Positions 31,475-41,502 of a stretch of 64,000 bases of DNA are shown here, in pieces. Every line of letters starts with the position of its first letter. Position 1 is the first letter of the stretch. This stretch comes from Candidatus Sysuiplasma jiujiangense (lineage in GTDB: Archaea; Thermoplasmatota; Thermoplasmata; Sysuiplasmatales; Sysuiplasmataceae): contig JAHEAD010000001.1 of assembly GCA_019721075.1 (NCBI GenBank), forward strand, positions 248,001-312,000, written 5' to 3'. Both the position numbers and the translations under genes were made by a program. The notes under the pieces were generated by a model. The model did no database searches and was not told the origin of the DNA. It worked only from the letters and a program-made list of their open reading frames with translations.

Positions 31475-32653
31475 ATGTTTGATGGTTCGGTGACGCAAAT
31501 GAACTATGTTGCAATAACTATCCTCGGTAAAGACAGCGAGGGTATACTTTCCAGAGTTGTCGGCAGTATAGCCGAATCGGGTGCAAAGATACTTGATATA
31601 CAACAGAGTGTTATTCATGGAATACTGAGTCTTTTCATACTCGTTGACAGGAACAGCAGCGAATACGCGACGATTCTGCCTGAAAAGCTCTCGGAAGCAA
31701 TTTCCGGTCTCAGCCTTTCCCTTCATATCGAAGAGGTCCAGGATTATACGAGAGATAGGGCTGGAGAGCGTTACGTGGTGACAATCGTCGGTGAAGATTC
31801 CACTGAAATGATATGTTCATTTTCAAGAGCAACTGCACACCTCGGGCTGAATAATATACGCATCAACATGCTGAGCAGGGGTGACATCTCAGCCATGCAG
31901 TTTATTGTAGACATGAACAAAGTCGACCCGGGAAGTGCCATGAAACATATTCAGGATGCACTTTCAGGACGAAAGGCGGATATAATTTTTGAGCCGGAAT
32001 CCACTTTTCGTATGGGAAAGAAGCTCATCGTCTTTGACATGGACTCAACGCTTGTGAGTAATGAGACAATTGATGAAATAGCTGCTCAGGCCGGACTCAA
32101 GGAAAAGATTGCAGCAATAACCGAAAAGGCCATGAGGGGTGAAATAGACTATTCCCAGGCTATAAAAGAAAGAGTGCGCCTCCTCAGCGGAATGCCTCTT
32201 TCAACATTGACAGAGCTGAGTAAATCCCTTGTACTGAACCCTGGTGCGCGTGAACTCATTTCATCGCTGCGTTCAATGAAGTACAGGATAGCGCTTGTGA
32301 GTGGAGGATTTACAGTATTCACAGAGAAAATGAAAGAGGAGCTTGGTCTTGATTATGCATTTGGCAACAGACTCGAAGTTCGCAACGGTGTTCTGACAGG
32401 AAATCTCGAAGAACCCATTCTCGATGCCAATGGCAAGCAGAGGGTGATTGAAGAAATAATGATGAATGAAGGCATCTCTTCAAGAGAAGTCGTTGTGATA
32501 GGGGATGGGGCAAACGACACTGTTATGGTAAAGAACGCAGGACTGGGGATAGCCTTCCGTGGCAAGGAAGTGCTTCGTAAAGTGGCTGATGGTACCATTT
32601 CTGATAGCGATCTGACGACCGTTCTATTTTGCCTCGGACACTACTCAGATTGA
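31475..32653 (+). CDS. serB: Phosphoserine phosphatase with ACT domains
   Basis: FDMDSTL, VSGGF and GDGAND motifs; two N-terminal ACT domains. Confidence 0.93.
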   Translation: MFDGSVTQMNYVAITILGKDSEGILSRVVGSIAESGAKILDIQQSVIHGILSLFILVDRNSSEYATILPEKLSEAISGLSLSLHIEEVQDYTRDRAGERYVVTIVGEDSTEMICSFSRATAHLGLNNIRINMLSRGDISAMQFIVDMNKVDPGSAMKHIQDALSGRKADIIFEPESTFRMGKKLIVFDMDSTLVSNETIDEIAAQAGLKEKIAAITEKAMRGEIDYSQAIKERVRLLSGMPLSTLTELSKSLVLNPGARELISSLRSMKYRIALVSGGFTVFTEKMKEELGLDYAFGNRLEVRNGVLTGNLEEPILDANGKQRVIEEIMMNEGISSREVVVIGDGANDTVMVKNAGLGIAFRGKEVLRKVADGTISDSDLTTVLFCLGHYSD

Positions 32654-32655
32654 AC

Positions 32656-33177
32656 TTATCCGGTCTCCTTTCCTGCTCCGCCTATGCCACTCACAGGCAG
32701 ATTGGCCTCTTGCCACTTTTTAAATCCTGACTCCAGGTTGTAGAGATCTCTTCCTTCAACCTTCCTCAGAGCCATTCTAGATCTGTGGCCGGTAGCGCAG
32801 ATGAACACGGTGGGCTGGTTGAATTTCTCTCCCTTTTTTAGTGAAAGAAGCGGGCGGTTAATGGCGCCAGGAATGTGTGATTTGGCATATTCCCGTTTTG
32901 TTCTGACATCCATGATGCTGATGTTCTTTTTCTCTTCAATAAGCGAGTAAAGTCTCGCTGGAGTGATATCGATGTATTTTCCTCTGTCTGCGTATGGCCA
33001 TCCAAAATACCTGAAAGACAGAAGCGATACCATGAGGCCTATTATTAGTGCAACAAGAAATATTGCTGAAGGTAGTGAAAAGGCATAGGCCGAATAAACC
33101 GCAACCATGAACATTGCGGAAAGGGCCAGTATCGTCAAAATTAGAGGAAGAGTTCGCATTTCAGGTATTTTTGTCAT
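32656..33177 (-). CDS. Membrane-anchored rhodanese domain protein
   Basis: Two N-terminal TM helices; DVR, HIPGA and CATGHRS motifs. Confidence 0.88.
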   Translation of the reverse strand: MTKIPEMRTLPLILTILALSAMFMVAVYSAYAFSLPSAIFLVALIIGLMVSLLSFRYFGWPYADRGKYIDITPARLYSLIEEKKNISIMDVRTKREYAKSHIPGAINRPLLSLKKGEKFNQPTVFICATGHRSRMALRKVEGRDLYNLESGFKKWQEANLPVSGIGGAGKETG

Positions 33178-33426
33178 TCTGTCGGCGATATTTGTAATTT
33201 GTGAGTTTCAGTGCCGTATTGAATAAATCAGGTTTTGAACTTTTCCGATTCTGAGCCAGCTGATTCCTTCGATATGAAATTTTCGCGCTGAAAATTTGCC
33301 GGCATACATTATTTAACACAGCACAATGTCAGGGATTAATTCCTATGCAATTCTCGTAATTTGCAGTCTTTTCAAACTAATCCATATATAGTTACAGAAA
33401 AATTATATACTGACGACAGGGGCCGG

Positions 33427-33888
33427 ATGGAAAAGAAAATGAAAGATGAAAGTGAGGGATTCAGCGGCAGTGAGGGGCGCCCCTCCAAATTTTTCACGGT
33501 CGATGAAGCGAACGATCTCATTCCTGTACTCGAGGGCCGTCTCAAAGAATGTGACAGGATATTGCTGGATATAAGAGCAGTTGCCGAACTCACCGAGGAT
33601 CTTGAGTGGTACTGGGGTGAATCAATCAGGGATGATGCCAATCCCGACAGACAGGAATATCTGAAACTCGAAAAGGAGAAGAGTTCCAGGATTGACAGAT
33701 GGAATGAGGCTATCAGGGAGATTGGTAAACTGGGTGTGGAGATTAAAAATCCGGACATGGGTCTCATAGATTTCTACAGTGTGAGAGACAATCAAGTCGT
33801 TTTTCTATGCTGGCAGAGGGGGGAACCTGAAGTCAGGTACTGGCACACGCTCGAGGGTGGTTACAATGGAAGACGACCCCTTGAATGA
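33427..33888 (+). CDS. DUF2203 family protein
   Basis: FTVDEAN, GLIDF, LCWQRGE and WHTLEGGYNGRRP motifs. Confidence 0.85.
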   Translation: MEKKMKDESEGFSGSEGRPSKFFTVDEANDLIPVLEGRLKECDRILLDIRAVAELTEDLEWYWGESIRDDANPDRQEYLKLEKEKSSRIDRWNEAIREIGKLGVEIKNPDMGLIDFYSVRDNQVVFLCWQRGEPEVRYWHTLEGGYNGRRPLE

Positions 33889-34515
33889 TCGCCTGGCTTA
33901 TTTTGAAGCTTCCACATTTTTGTGCCGAATACAGATTGATGTATAGGGCGATGCTATTCCTTCAAGCAAGCCTGCGCTATACATTTGTCGTAACGATTTC
34001 AATCATTCGTTCAGGGGCAATATGGACCGGCTTTATTTATTTCCCTAAGGTTCCTTGGAATGTAATGGTTCCGGATTCCTGGCGGTTTTCATTGTGGATG
34101 GTTCAGTTTCCTCCTTCACGAAAATTCCAGACGGTCCATTCCTTCTTCTTGAAGTTCGACGGCCGAAGAGCATCAACTTACAGTTTACTCATAGATATCA
34201 TCTGTGCGTTTCCTATTCCGATTGCTACGCCTGTTTTCTCGAAATCGGAATACGGAATACATAGTGTGTGGGATATGTTTTTCTTTCCCCGAAACTTTGA
34301 CGGTGATTTCAAATCATCCTCTCGCTCTTCACGCAAAATTCACGCAAAACAAATTGGCATCATTTGCCTTCGGGTTATGGCTTTCTGACCGATCTTGATT
34401 AACAAGTTATTTTTTAGATACAAGCAAGTTTGTGATTAAAATGGGTGCTGTTGGTTTTTGTTCTATATGTAGTATAATTTAGTTCCCTGTTGGACGTGGA
34501 GCCCGGTCTTCTCAT

Positions 34516-34899
34516 TCATCTTGCGTCTCCGGCACTAACATTTGAGAATGCTTCAGTATCTGCAGAGTTGTTCTGATTCAACCATCTTTTCCCCCATTCC
34601 CCCATTTTTTCCAGTACCGGACCCAGATCCCTTCCCTTTTCCGTGAGGGAATATTTTACCTTAAAGGGGCGCGTGCTCAGAACTGCCCTAGTCACGACAT
34701 CCTCTTTTTCCAGAGCTTTAAGGGTTGAAGAAAGCGTCTTCGGGCTAAGCCTTGAAACTTTCATAAGGCTGTTAAATCCATGCTCTCCTTCGGACAGATA
34801 ACGCACGACAACCAATTTTGGCTCGCTTCCGATCTTCCTGATTGTGGCGGCTATCGGGCAAAGATCGGTATCTGGTGCTTCATATGAAGTACTGTTCAT
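34516..34899 (-). CDS. HxlR family transcriptional regulator
   Basis: CPI at the N-terminus, SPKTLS and VKYSLTEKG wHTH motifs. Confidence 0.9.
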   Translation of the reverse strand: MNSTSYEAPDTDLCPIAATIRKIGSEPKLVVVRYLSEGEHGFNSLMKVSRLSPKTLSSTLKALEKEDVVTRAVLSTRPFKVKYSLTEKGRDLGPVLEKMGEWGKRWLNQNNSADTEAFSNVSAGDAR

Positions 34900-34973
34900 C
34901 TGGTTTCCAGTTGTAAAGTTACTTGTTTTTATACTTTACTTATTCTACCAGATATCATAATGGAAGTGATGTA

Positions 34974-35177
34974 ATGGCAAGATTAGTAAAGCATGAAAGA
35001 AACAAACCATTCCCGGTAACCACAAAAGACGGAGAAACGCTATACATGTGCGCATGTGGCCTCTCAAAGAACAAGCCATTCTGTGACGGAAGCCACAAGG
35101 CGACTGCGGACGAAGAGCCTAACCAGCTCTACGTATATGACGGAAGCAAGCGCATAAAGATAGAAAATCTCTACTGA
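34974..35177 (+). CDS. CDGSH iron-sulfur domain protein
   Basis: CACGLSKNKPFCDGSH motif. Confidence 0.95.
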   Translation: MARLVKHERNKPFPVTTKDGETLYMCACGLSKNKPFCDGSHKATADEEPNQLYVYDGSKRIKIENLY

Positions 35178-35331
35178 CAGCATGATGCCGAACTTTCGCC
35201 ATCAAACCTCTTAACTAATTTGAGTACTGGAGTTCTCAAGCTGCCATCTCAGCCATAAAGATTCTCGGCCACATTCAAACTCGTTTCAAGTGAAGGCCCG
35301 TATTCAAACCAACGTACTATGCCACATATGC

Positions 35332-36420
35332 ATGCCCTCCCTGATGAAGAAAAAGGTGGTGCGCCCGGACGTACCGGTATCTGCACTCTAATTCAAACGT
35401 AAAAACGGGATGCAGAGTATCATCCGGCAGAAGGATCGAAGCGCAGAAGACAGGGTACTGTAACTCATCATCCGAATGAAGGGGCATGAGGTCCGAAGAC
35501 GGTGGATGTTGTCAACTTCGACGCATTCCAGCTCCCCGTACTCGCACAGGAACTGAAGATAGCCCAAATTGGTCGAGCCGTTTGTGCCCGAGAGGAAGCA
35601 GGACCACTCTGTCGGCAAGCACATACTGATTGTCACGTTCATCATAGGTTCCCTGAAAGATTGAGAAACTGTTCAGCAAGGACTGAAATCTCACACAGTG
35701 CTGTTGAACGATTCGGCTTGTCGCCTTTTTTTCTCCTCTGCGACACTGCAAAATGCAACAGGCAGAGGTGAAAGCAAAAGATTACAGAATGCCCTTGCAT
35801 CAGTTAAGGCAAGCACTTCTGCGCAGCCCGAACATGGCGTTCCACTACTGTGCGTGACACATCTAGGCAACGGGAGCGGCAATCTGCCGTTCAGGTAGGA
35901 GATCGGGCGCATACGCTGGCGGCTGTATGTACTGGACAGGACCGCTGCAGATGCGACGCTTACATTCTACGTGGGAATAGCTGCATCAGCAATCCGAACA
36001 TGTTCGAAAACAGCAGGCGGCATTACGCAGATTCACCCTTCTCATATGTTCGTGAACTTCTCACAGTTTCCATCTCTTCATGCAGGCACTTTTACGGTGG
36101 AAGTGAGATTGCAGCATTCACTTTCCGGCAGAACGCAGGAATATGGAATAGAGCGCAGAGTTGTTGTTACTTGCAACAATCAGCTCGAACAGCATCTGTT
36201 GTCAAAACTGGTGGATATGCTGCGGTTGTAGCAGTAGAATATGAGAGCAAGGGTGCGGCTCGTGAGTGTAAGACAGCAGTGGGGTAAGTCATATCCCGGT
36301 GGGTGTTCAATCTCACAGGCTCCTTGGAAGATGCGCAATGTTCTTGGCGGCATGTCAAAGTATTGCACCTGGAAAGTCAGCTGACCTGCCTGGGATCACC
36401 ACCTTTCGAGCTCGGGATAT
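35332..36420 (+). pseudogene. Heavily degraded IS1634-like transposase (right end approximate)
   Basis: Frameshifted fragments MPSLMKKKVVR, VPERKQDHSVGKHILI and HGVPLLCVTHLGN resemble IS1634 transposase motifs in the expected order. Confidence 0.55.
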
Positions 36421-36531
36421 GCGCCTTCAAATTATCGCTTTGATAATTTACTCTGATTCCCTTGGACGTTGGTAACCTACCATATTTGCACAGCGGAAAA
36501 CTACATTAATTCTGTAATCATCATCAGTTTA

Positions 36532-37680
36532 GTGAAGACGGATGCGCTGCTGTTGTCCCTTTCGAGATCAATGAGATCCTTCGTATTCACCTTACTCTCA
36601 TTTTCTTCTCCATTTTTCCTTCTTTCGGAAGGAATTGGATACTTTCAGGTGGGCATTGTAATCCTTTTGAGTTCGATATCATCCGCCGTATTAATCTACA
36701 CGCTTCCCGTGATTCGCGTCGGTATTTCGTTTAAGGTCTTCCTGTCATGGGCCATATTTTTCACGGGAACTGCGGTCATTGCTCTGACAGATAATCTCGC
36801 AGGTTATCTGGTGGCAGCTATTGTCTGTGGTATTTCACTTTCTGGAAAGGACATGTCACCGAACCAGCCCATAGAGCAATACGCAATAAGCACTTTTTCT
36901 TCGAATCAGAAGGAAAAGTACCATCAATTCTCCTCCTATAATCTTCTATCATATGCTGGGAATACCTTCGGAGCCCTGTCAGTCCTCGTTTATCCTCGCA
37001 TTTCCTTCGCTTCAATCTTTTACATTTGTGCGATTTTGTCATTTGCGTCCGGGATTCCTTATTTCCTGGTTAAATTCCCGCATCAAAATATGCCTGCAAA
37101 GAACAAAATCGTTCTTGACAGGAAGGACAGGACGCTGAGAAATCAGCTTGGAACCCTCTTTGCCGTCGATGCGTTTGGGGGAGGGCTGGTTAGTACGTCA
37201 CTTCTATCCCTGTGGTTTCTCGTTGTATTTTCTGCTTCCCTCACTCAGACTGGTTTTATTTTTGTAGTTGTAAACATACTCACTGCATTGTCTGTTGTAA
37301 TATCAGGAAGAATGTCAGTAAAATATGGTATCATAAGGACTATGGTATTCACTCATCTGATAAGCAATTTTTTCCTCATTCTCATGTCTTTCTCGCGTAT
37401 TTTGCTGCTTGGTGAATTATTCCTCTTTTTGAGGCAGGCCACAAGCCAGATGGATTTGACACCAAGGGACAGTCTCATAAACACCGTGTTTGAATCAGAA
37501 AGTAGACTGAAGACAAATTCCCAGTTCCTTGCGATAAGAAACCTGTCTTCCGTTCCATCGCCCGCCCTGGGCGGATTAATAATCGGGAGCAGTCCTGAAC
37601 CGCTGCCCTCTATTGCCGGATCAATCAAGGCGGTTTATGACATTGTCCTTTATCTTCGATTCAGGCACATCATGATTTGA
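36532..37680 (+). CDS. MFS transporter
   Basis: Multi-TM protein with DAFGGG, MVFTHL and SQMD motifs. Confidence 0.88.
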   Translation: MKTDALLLSLSRSMRSFVFTLLSFSSPFFLLSEGIGYFQVGIVILLSSISSAVLIYTLPVIRVGISFKVFLSWAIFFTGTAVIALTDNLAGYLVAAIVCGISLSGKDMSPNQPIEQYAISTFSSNQKEKYHQFSSYNLLSYAGNTFGALSVLVYPRISFASIFYICAILSFASGIPYFLVKFPHQNMPAKNKIVLDRKDRTLRNQLGTLFAVDAFGGGLVSTSLLSLWFLVVFSASLTQTGFIFVVVNILTALSVVISGRMSVKYGIIRTMVFTHLISNFFLILMSFSRILLLGELFLFLRQATSQMDLTPRDSLINTVFESESRLKTNSQFLAIRNLSSVPSPALGGLIIGSSPEPLPSIAGSIKAVYDIVLYLRFRHIMI

Positions 37681-37980
37681 TTGATCGTACCCTCTTATCG
37701 TTCTTCAGGCGGTAAGGAATCTGCGGCATTATCTGTGGTGCTTTTATATTATCGGATTCGTCTGGTTGAATATAATTTTTCATACATCCAACGATAAGGT
37801 ATGTTGTCGGCAAATCATGGAGGAGAAGGGCATTTCATAGAGGGAACAGAAGAGAAGGAAGGGGTATGAACGAAACGAACATCTCCGTAAGGATGCAGGT
37901 GTCGGGATTGGGGATTTTTACCGTGTATCCCATTCTGACATCCTCAATGTATATGCACTGGCAGGACCGGGGGTATTTTC

Positions 37981-38169
37981 ATGAGTTCACTCTCTGCTCA
38001 TGTAGCTACCCGTTCAGAGTTTCCGAATGAAGCAAAAGATCTAAGAGAACAGGCCACCAGGCACGGAATTGGAGAAACTGAGCTCGCGGAACTCCTCGAC
38101 ACGTGGTTCCTCGAGCATTTTGAGCCGCCGACCAGCTTCGGCGAGCTGATACACGGGGTGTTCTGCTGA
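37981..38169 (+). CDS. Small hypothetical protein
   Basis: 62 aa; TGATG-coupled to the helicase. Confidence 0.55.
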   Translation: MSSLSAHVATRSEFPNEAKDLREQATRHGIGETELAELLDTWFLEHFEPPTSFGELIHGVFC

Positions 38170-39845
38170 TGACCTCTGCAGAAGGAACCGGCGTCACTGG
38201 CAGTCTGTTTGACAGGGGCTCCTCGGCCGGCATGTATGTGGATTCGCTCGGCATTGAAAAGGATATGCTCGCCCACATGAATTTCATCATGGGTGCACCT
38301 GGCACTGGAAAGACAACAGCGTTGGGCGCAATATGGAAACAGTTTGATGAGCACTCAGTCAGATACTATGTGACCTACAACAGGTCCATGGGAAAAGAAG
38401 CGAGGGAGCGCCTGGGCGGAGACAAAAGGACAATCGGGACGTTTCATTCAATTTGCACGAGATTGCTGGGATGGAAAGTCGGAAAGGGCAAATCGGGAAT
38501 CGATGGTGATTTCCTCACGGACGCGCAGATTTCCGATTTTGCCGCTAGATATAATATCGAAAAGAAAGGCGTCACGCGCCCGTGGGAGGAAGATTCGGAC
38601 ATAGAGCATCATGATGAGCTCAGCCAGATTATGATGGCGTGGAGCGTGGCGAGGAATCAGGTTCCTGAGGACTCGCCGAATAACTGGAGGGGTGACGAAA
38701 ACAGGGATCTGGAACTCCTCCTGCATCACTACAGGCAGTACAAGCACGAACTCGGCGACAAAAAGGACTATGATGATGTCCTGGAGGAGACTGTCAGGCT
38801 GGAGGAACAGTATGGTGTCGACGGCCCGTTGCCGCGTTGCGATTTGCTGCTCATAGACGAGGCGCAAGACCTTACCCCCCTTATGTGGAAACTCTGTGAC
38901 TTGTGGTCCAGGAAGGCGGAAACCGTAGTGATTGCGGGGGACGATGACCAGAGCATATACTCTTTTCGAGGTGTGGACGTGCATGACTACCTCGGAAGAA
39001 TTACAGCTCTCAACTCAGGCCGGCTTTTCATCCTGAAAAGGAGCTACAGGCTATCGAGTGAGATACTGATCCATGCCGGAAAGACAATCGACGGCGTCTC
39101 GAACAGGATCAGCAAGGACATAGAACCGGCTGTTGCCGGCGGCATCGTCGAGTATGCGCGCTCGCTCGATAATGTGGTGAAGTCAAAAGGGAAGAGGATG
39201 GTGCTGTGCTCCTCCGGATGGCTGATGCAGGAAATATCATCCATCGTGGATGCACGGTATCCCGACGTGATACTGCTGGCCTCGAATCCGAAGCACCAGG
39301 GAAGGCTGCTCTGGTCGCAGAAAATGATAGAACTCGTGCGTATAATATCCAGGTTTCCCAACCTGAGCAGAGAGGAGTTCAGATTCCTTGCATCATGTCT
39401 TCCTGCGTCCGGGTTGCTGAAGAGGGGCGTCAAGACCAGGGTCAGGGAGAACAGATTCTTCTCAGCAGATGCTGCGGTGCAGCAGAGGCTTGATTCGGGA
39501 AGTGCTGATGAGGCCGAGATACTGAGCGCATTTGAGGGCACCCCTACGAAGGAGCAGCTGGTGAGGGAACTGGACTACAGGGGAAAGAAGAAGGAAGTAA
39601 TGCTCAGGTGGATAGGCAGGGAGATCACCGATGATTGTTTTGTTTACATCGGGACCTACCATGCTGCCAAAGGGCTGGAGGCTGACACTGTGGGCCTTGT
39701 GCTCGATATTGGCAGGAAATGGATGGAGCAGCAGACCTCCAATCCCGACGGCGTCCGCAGGCTGCTGTATGTTGCCAGGAGCAGGGCGAAAAGCTATCAC
39801 GTCGAAATTTCACTCGGCATTGGTGAGGGGGTGTGGTCATTTTGA
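38169..39845 (+). CDS. UvrD/Rep-like SF1 helicase
   Basis: GAPGTGKT, TFHS, IDEAQD, GDDDQSIY, SYRL, HAAKGLE and YVARSRA motifs. Confidence 0.93.
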   Translation: MTSAEGTGVTGSLFDRGSSAGMYVDSLGIEKDMLAHMNFIMGAPGTGKTTALGAIWKQFDEHSVRYYVTYNRSMGKEARERLGGDKRTIGTFHSICTRLLGWKVGKGKSGIDGDFLTDAQISDFAARYNIEKKGVTRPWEEDSDIEHHDELSQIMMAWSVARNQVPEDSPNNWRGDENRDLELLLHHYRQYKHELGDKKDYDDVLEETVRLEEQYGVDGPLPRCDLLLIDEAQDLTPLMWKLCDLWSRKAETVVIAGDDDQSIYSFRGVDVHDYLGRITALNSGRLFILKRSYRLSSEILIHAGKTIDGVSNRISKDIEPAVAGGIVEYARSLDNVVKSKGKRMVLCSSGWLMQEISSIVDARYPDVILLASNPKHQGRLLWSQKMIELVRIISRFPNLSREEFRFLASCLPASGLLKRGVKTRVRENRFFSADAAVQQRLDSGSADEAEILSAFEGTPTKEQLVRELDYRGKKKEVMLRWIGREITDDCFVYIGTYHAAKGLEADTVGLVLDIGRKWMEQQTSNPDGVRRLLYVARSRAKSYHVEISLGIGEGVWSF

Positions 39846-40105
39846 GTGTTCCAAATGTTCCAGAAATCAGGAGATGTTCCATTGAACAGAAGTGTGCATT
39901 TCCATCGTAAATGTTCCAATGTTCCAAATGTTCCAATGTTTTTAGCGAAGCGTAACGAGAAATTATTTTTGAAAGTTGGAACACTTGGAACTTTTGGAAC
40001 AAGACGCCGTTTTTTGCCCGTTTCCCTATATAGGGGGGTACTGAAGTATGTGTTCCAACTCGCTTGCAATTTTTGGAGCACTTGGAACACAATAATACCC
40101 CCCAT
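39846..40105. repeat. Iteron-like TGTTCCAA repeat cluster, putative element origin
   Basis: TGTTCC at 39847, 39856, 39875, 39912, 39920, 39929 and 40051; inverted TTGGAAC at 39976, 39985, 39994 and 40082; GGGGGGTA...TACCCCCC dyad at 40033-40103. Confidence 0.8.
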
Positions 40106-40129
40106 GTATGGGCAAAAAGGAGGGATAGT

Positions 40130-41416
40130 GTGATAAAAAAAGACAAGCCCGAAGAGCATAACTTTCAGTATTACGATAAATCAACTGAGACGCTCATACG
40201 GCTTACTGAAAGAAAGTTCACGACCAGAACCTATGGCGTGGAGGATCCCAGGGATGTGGTGCTCTACACCGGCAAAGCATTCGTCCTTTTCGGGGACAGA
40301 CAGAGCATTCTCCAGGAAACCGAAGAGACTGAAGAGGGCTTTCCATTCCATCTTGTGATCAAGCCATCCGACAATTTGTATGGGTTCCTGCCTGATTTAA
40401 GGCGTTACACAAGAAAGGGTATCATGGCCGGTTCTCCTGTTGACCCCATGGACATTCAGAGCGATTTCGGGAGAACGCTGTTCCAGGACATCGAAAATCA
40501 TCTGGGCAGGGTGGAAACTTCAGCCCTCTGTGGAAGATTCCTGCAGGCGTTGCATGAACACTCAGATGGCACTGATACGGTCATGATAGAATGGTTGCTG
40601 GAAAATACACAGATTGTGGTGAACTACGGCGCGCCAACGGGCATGGACATCACAATTGAAGGCAGGACATTCCGACTGAAGGACGATGATGTGATCACGA
40701 GCAAAAACTTCACGATATGGTTCGTGAGCGAATTCGGCAAATATCCCATCCTGAGCAAGGTAGACTGGCAGCAGCTTGTAACTTTCTGGTCACAGCGCAG
40801 CATAAGGAAGGATCCCGCATCGGACAGCATCGCCGAACCAATCGTGGATGACTTCCTCGACATGCTGCAGATGGCCACCTGCGCAGTTGATTTTGGTCCG
40901 GCAGTGGGTGATAAGATATCCGTCAAGTCATCTGTCTTCGTCGCCGATGCGCAGACCGATTCTGTCTTCGTCCCTGTCTACATGATGAATTCGCTTTTCG
41001 CCAACTACAACCTGTCCTCGCGAAAGAAGAGGCAGATGCTCGGTTCATTCCTCAAGGGCGTCGAGAAACAGAAAAAGCGTGTGGAATGCGAGAACGGCAG
41101 CAAGATGCAGCCATGGTTCTGGGTATTCAAGCTCTCGCGCATAAGGTCGGAGCGCCCTGGCATAATCCCGTCAGGCACGCTGGATGATGCGCAGAACGCT
41201 CAGGATGCAGGCGTCCAGGGCATGGTAAACGACGGCCTCAGCTTTTCGACAGACCCCACAGATATGATGACTTATGTGTTTCGATGCAAGTCTCCCGTAT
41301 CATTCAAGCTCGATGGCGCCCAGTATACGATGGGGGACGATGACGCTGAAATCCTCCCGTCAAAGGTCGCCAAACATCTTGAGTCGCTAGGCTTCGGGAG
41401 GGCTGACGCAGTATGA
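40130..41416 (+). CDS. Putative replication protein with C-terminal GINS-B-like domain
   Basis: Follows the origin repeats; GTG start after GGAGG; C-terminus SFKLDGAQYTMGDDDAEILPSKVAKHLESLGFG. Confidence 0.6.
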   Translation: MIKKDKPEEHNFQYYDKSTETLIRLTERKFTTRTYGVEDPRDVVLYTGKAFVLFGDRQSILQETEETEEGFPFHLVIKPSDNLYGFLPDLRRYTRKGIMAGSPVDPMDIQSDFGRTLFQDIENHLGRVETSALCGRFLQALHEHSDGTDTVMIEWLLENTQIVVNYGAPTGMDITIEGRTFRLKDDDVITSKNFTIWFVSEFGKYPILSKVDWQQLVTFWSQRSIRKDPASDSIAEPIVDDFLDMLQMATCAVDFGPAVGDKISVKSSVFVADAQTDSVFVPVYMMNSLFANYNLSSRKKRQMLGSFLKGVEKQKKRVECENGSKMQPWFWVFKLSRIRSERPGIIPSGTLDDAQNAQDAGVQGMVNDGLSFSTDPTDMMTYVFRCKSPVSFKLDGAQYTMGDDDAEILPSKVAKHLESLGFGRADAV

Positions 41417-41502
41417 TACTAAAGTATCAGAAATTTCAACCCGTGTCCAGCTACTATTTGCGCCTAAATTCCGCGAAGGCATGGATGGGCGCAGGTGATT
41501 GA

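Noticed and set aside
33885..34400. 167-aa + strand ORF, or a possible minus-strand transposase remnant
   Set aside because: No recognisable motif on either strand, and the minus frame has several stops. No call can be supported.
39846..40105. Possible CRISPR array, or real ORFs (39625-, 39797-, 39846+) over the TGTTCCAA repeats
   Set aside because: Units are 6-9 bp with no 30-40 bp spacers, and the ORF peptides simply mirror the repeats. An origin is the better explanation.
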